Assembly: GCA_031291875.1 (NCBI GenBank)
Contig: JARLIE010000236.1
Location: 1 to 50,260, forward strand
DNA: 50,260 nucleotides
From: Minisyncoccota bacterium
GTDB taxonomy: Bacteria > Patescibacteriota > Minisyncoccia > Phycocordibacterales > UBA2100
Reading direction: 5' to 3'
Numbering within the stretch: position 1 is the stretch's first letter; each line of letters starts with the position of its first letter. Below are positions 48,205 to 50,260 of the stretch, piece after piece. Made by a program: the position numbers and the translations under genes. Under the pieces are notes generated by a model. That model was not told where the DNA came from. It ran no database searches and saw only the letters and a list, made by a program, of their open reading frames with translations.

Positions 48205-50007
48205 TCACAGGTGCTTCGTCTGTGCTTCGAAAAGTGTGCGATACGGACCTTCGACACACTTTAGTGACGCATGAGATCCTTGCTGCACCACGACCCCCGA
48301 CTCGAAGACGAGGATGTGGTTTGCTCTCAAAAGCGTCGTGTAGCGATGTGAGATGCAGATCGTGACTCTGCCATCTCCGTCACACCCCATGACCTCGTCG
48401 AAGATTTTCTGTTCCGCAATTGCATCTACAGCGGAGGTCGGCTCATCGAGGATCAGGACACGAGGACGCTTGACCAGTGCGCGCGCCAATGCGAGCCGCT
48501 GTTCTTGTCCTCCTGAGAACTGAATCCCTTCCTCGAAACGAGAGCTGGTCAAGGTATCGATACCTTGAGGCAATCCCGCCACGAAGGAAGACAGATCAAC
48601 TTTCGCGATCGCACATTCGATGCGCTCTCGCGATACCGCCTCAGAACTTCCGAGTGCCACATTGTCGGCGATCGAGCCGAAGCGATATATTTCGACATTC
48701 TGCTGCAGCACGCTTAGCAGGTTGTACCACGCGGCTTGATCTGCCGCGCGAAGATCTTGTCCGTTCACCAGAATCCGCCCCTCCGTCGGGTCGTACACCC
48801 GAAGCAGGAGCTTGATGAAGGTCGATTTGCCCGAGCCGTTCTCGCCTACGATACCGATCCGATCCCCGAGGGTGAGCGAACACGATACGCCCTTGAGCGC
48901 ATACGTGTCCGATCGCGGGTATCTGAACGACACATGGTCGAACTCGATACGAATCGGCTCATCGCCACTGATCTTCCAGCCCGAGGATGACCACTTCACC
49001 ACGGGTTTCCAATCAAGGAATCGGATGAAGCCGAGCATCCCCAGCGTTCTCTCGGGCATACGCGACAAATTTTGCACGACCGAATGAAACCGTGATTCGA
49101 GGGTCCTGAGAGATACAAGGATGAACCCTGCCGTGCCGATGGAAAGTCCGAGATACACGACGGAATAGCCGACCTGGACCACAAACAATCCGATCGTCCC
49201 CGATGCAAACAGCGTCGCAAGTGAGATGAGCAATCGAGAACGCGCATTGAAGACGATTTCCCGACCTTTCAGTACCCGGAACAGAGCGACCGACTGATCA
49301 TAGAGTCGTTGCACCGAACCGAAGACTTTGAGTTCCAAGAGCTGATTCTCATCCCTGAAGGCTTGAAGGATCCAATCGGACTTCATTTTCTCCAGCGAGT
49401 TGTAGTACCGCATCCAGTACCGCTCCCGGCTCGTCTTCATTTCGACGAAGAATAACGGGATCGAAGCGAGGACGATTCCAAGGACGTACATTGAAGATAC
49501 TGTCCAGACCAACGCGATGAGAGATGCCACAGCAATCACGTCGGACCCGATCTCGATAGGACCTTTCAAGAAATCTTCGATAGAATGCTCACTGTGTCCG
49601 GAGGACACATCTTCATTCCGTACAAAGTCGGGATCGACAAGAGACGCATAGTCCAGATCAATCCTTTTCTTTGCATCGAGAAGTTTGAAATGCTGTTCAA
49701 CCTCGAACTCGATCCAACCGAGTTTGGGTGCCAGAGTGTTCTTAACAACCGTACGACAAACGGTGAACACGACCGCCAGTAGGGCATAGGCTACGAGCCG
49801 ATGAGAAAACTGGTGATCCTGAGCGGATCGCTGGAGCTCATTTACCATCGCCCCACCGAACCAGGTAACCCCCACAGGGGTTAGTCTCCGAATGAGAATC
49901 CCGAAGGCATTGATCCATAGATATCGCTTTGCCGGAGATTCCCAGTACAGACGCAGACATCTTCCGTAGGTACGAACATAGTTTTCAAGGTGCTCTTTGA
50001 GCTGCAT
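48205..50007 (-). CDS. ABC exporter, fused permease/ATPase (MsbA/ABCB-type)
   Basis: 6-TM N-terminal half, Walker A GENGSGKST, signature FSGGQEQR, Walker B VLILDEPTS. AAAGGAG Shine-Dalgarno upstream. Confidence 0.9.
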   Translation of the reverse strand: MQLKEHLENYVRTYGRCLRLYWESPAKRYLWINAFGILIRRLTPVGVTWFGGAMVNELQRSAQDHQFSHRLVAYALLAVVFTVCRTVVKNTLAPKLGWIEFEVEQHFKLLDAKKRIDLDYASLVDPDFVRNEDVSSGHSEHSIEDFLKGPIEIGSDVIAVASLIALVWTVSSMYVLGIVLASIPLFFVEMKTSRERYWMRYYNSLEKMKSDWILQAFRDENQLLELKVFGSVQRLYDQSVALFRVLKGREIVFNARSRLLISLATLFASGTIGLFVVQVGYSVVYLGLSIGTAGFILVSLRTLESRFHSVVQNLSRMPERTLGMLGFIRFLDWKPVVKWSSSGWKISGDEPIRIEFDHVSFRYPRSDTYALKGVSCSLTLGDRIGIVGENGSGKSTFIKLLLRVYDPTEGRILVNGQDLRAADQAAWYNLLSVLQQNVEIYRFGSIADNVALGSSEAVSRERIECAIAKVDLSSFVAGLPQGIDTLTSSRFEEGIQFSGGQEQRLALARALVKRPRVLILDEPTSAVDAIAEQKIFDEVMGCDGDGRVTICISHRYTTLLRANHILVFESGVVVQQGSHASLKCVEGPYRTLFEAQTKHL

Positions 50008-50260
50008 GATGAAGCTCCTTTCTGCGAAGATTTTATAACATTTATCACATATGTCAATAGTTACTGAATACGAATCGTACGCGTATTCACCTTATGCCGT
50101 GAGAAAAATAATCACGCCCGAACCCGAAAACAGCAGTTTTGCCTGATTTAAGGCAGCCTATGGGCAAGTGGTTGGTCGGAGACACAACCAGACGAAGTCG
50201 CACTGCAAAGTGCAGCTACGTAAATATCATTGTTTAGCGAGCTGAATTGACTATCAAGAT

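Noticed and set aside
1-50260. CRISPR arrays, IS elements, rRNA genes, additional tRNAs
   Set aside because: Visual scanning of all intergenic gaps over 60 nt found no regularly spaced repeats, no terminal inverted repeats with a transposase, and no further T-arm (GTTCGA/GTTCAA) contexts that fold into cloverleaves. By-eye scanning could have missed some.

Overview
About 50 kb of densely coded bacterial chromosome, roughly 55% GC by eye. I saw no rRNA genes, CRISPR array, transposase or integrase. All family calls come from motif recognition by eye. No searches were run.

Gene content by region:
- 1-11.6 kb: an S10/spc-type ribosomal-protein superoperon, rplB-rpsS-rplV-rpsC-rplP-rpmC-rpsQ-rplN-rplX-rplE-rpsN(Zn type)-rpsH-rplF-rplR-rpsE-rplO-secY-(cmk-like)-adk-map. 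It has no L30 gene, it stops after map, and it is cut into three transcription units by terminators, two antisense genes and a methyltransferase.
- 11.6-21.6 kb: an orphan 926-aa VirD4/TraD-like ATPase, ndk, a beta-CASP nuclease / SLOG (TIGR00725-like) / cyanophycin-synthetase-like ATP-grasp / membrane-anchored methyltransferase cluster punctuated by two small promoter-plus-terminator RNA units, and infC-rpmI-rplT.
- 21.6-30 kb: two secreted murein hydrolases that share a C-terminal tail, a lower-GC ArsR-SRPBCC islet, an SDR, ssrA (tmRNA) with smpB, and ftsH.
- 30-40.3 kb: malic enzyme, a fused DUF1800-DUF1501 protein, a tRNA with anticodon UAU, two secreted peptidoglycan-binding proteins (one cupredoxin-like plus 3 PKD repeats), and recG.
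- 40.3-50.3 kb: a DsbA/DsbB pair plus a secreted PLD-fold protein, GH15, a PadR/FIST cluster and an ABC exporter.

Many first-in-unit genes have a TAnnnT -10 box only 6-8 nt upstream of the ATG, which predicts leaderless mRNAs. The missing L30, the small genome-style organisation and the secreted cell-wall-active proteins fit a Patescibacteria/CPR-like organism, but that assignment is inference.
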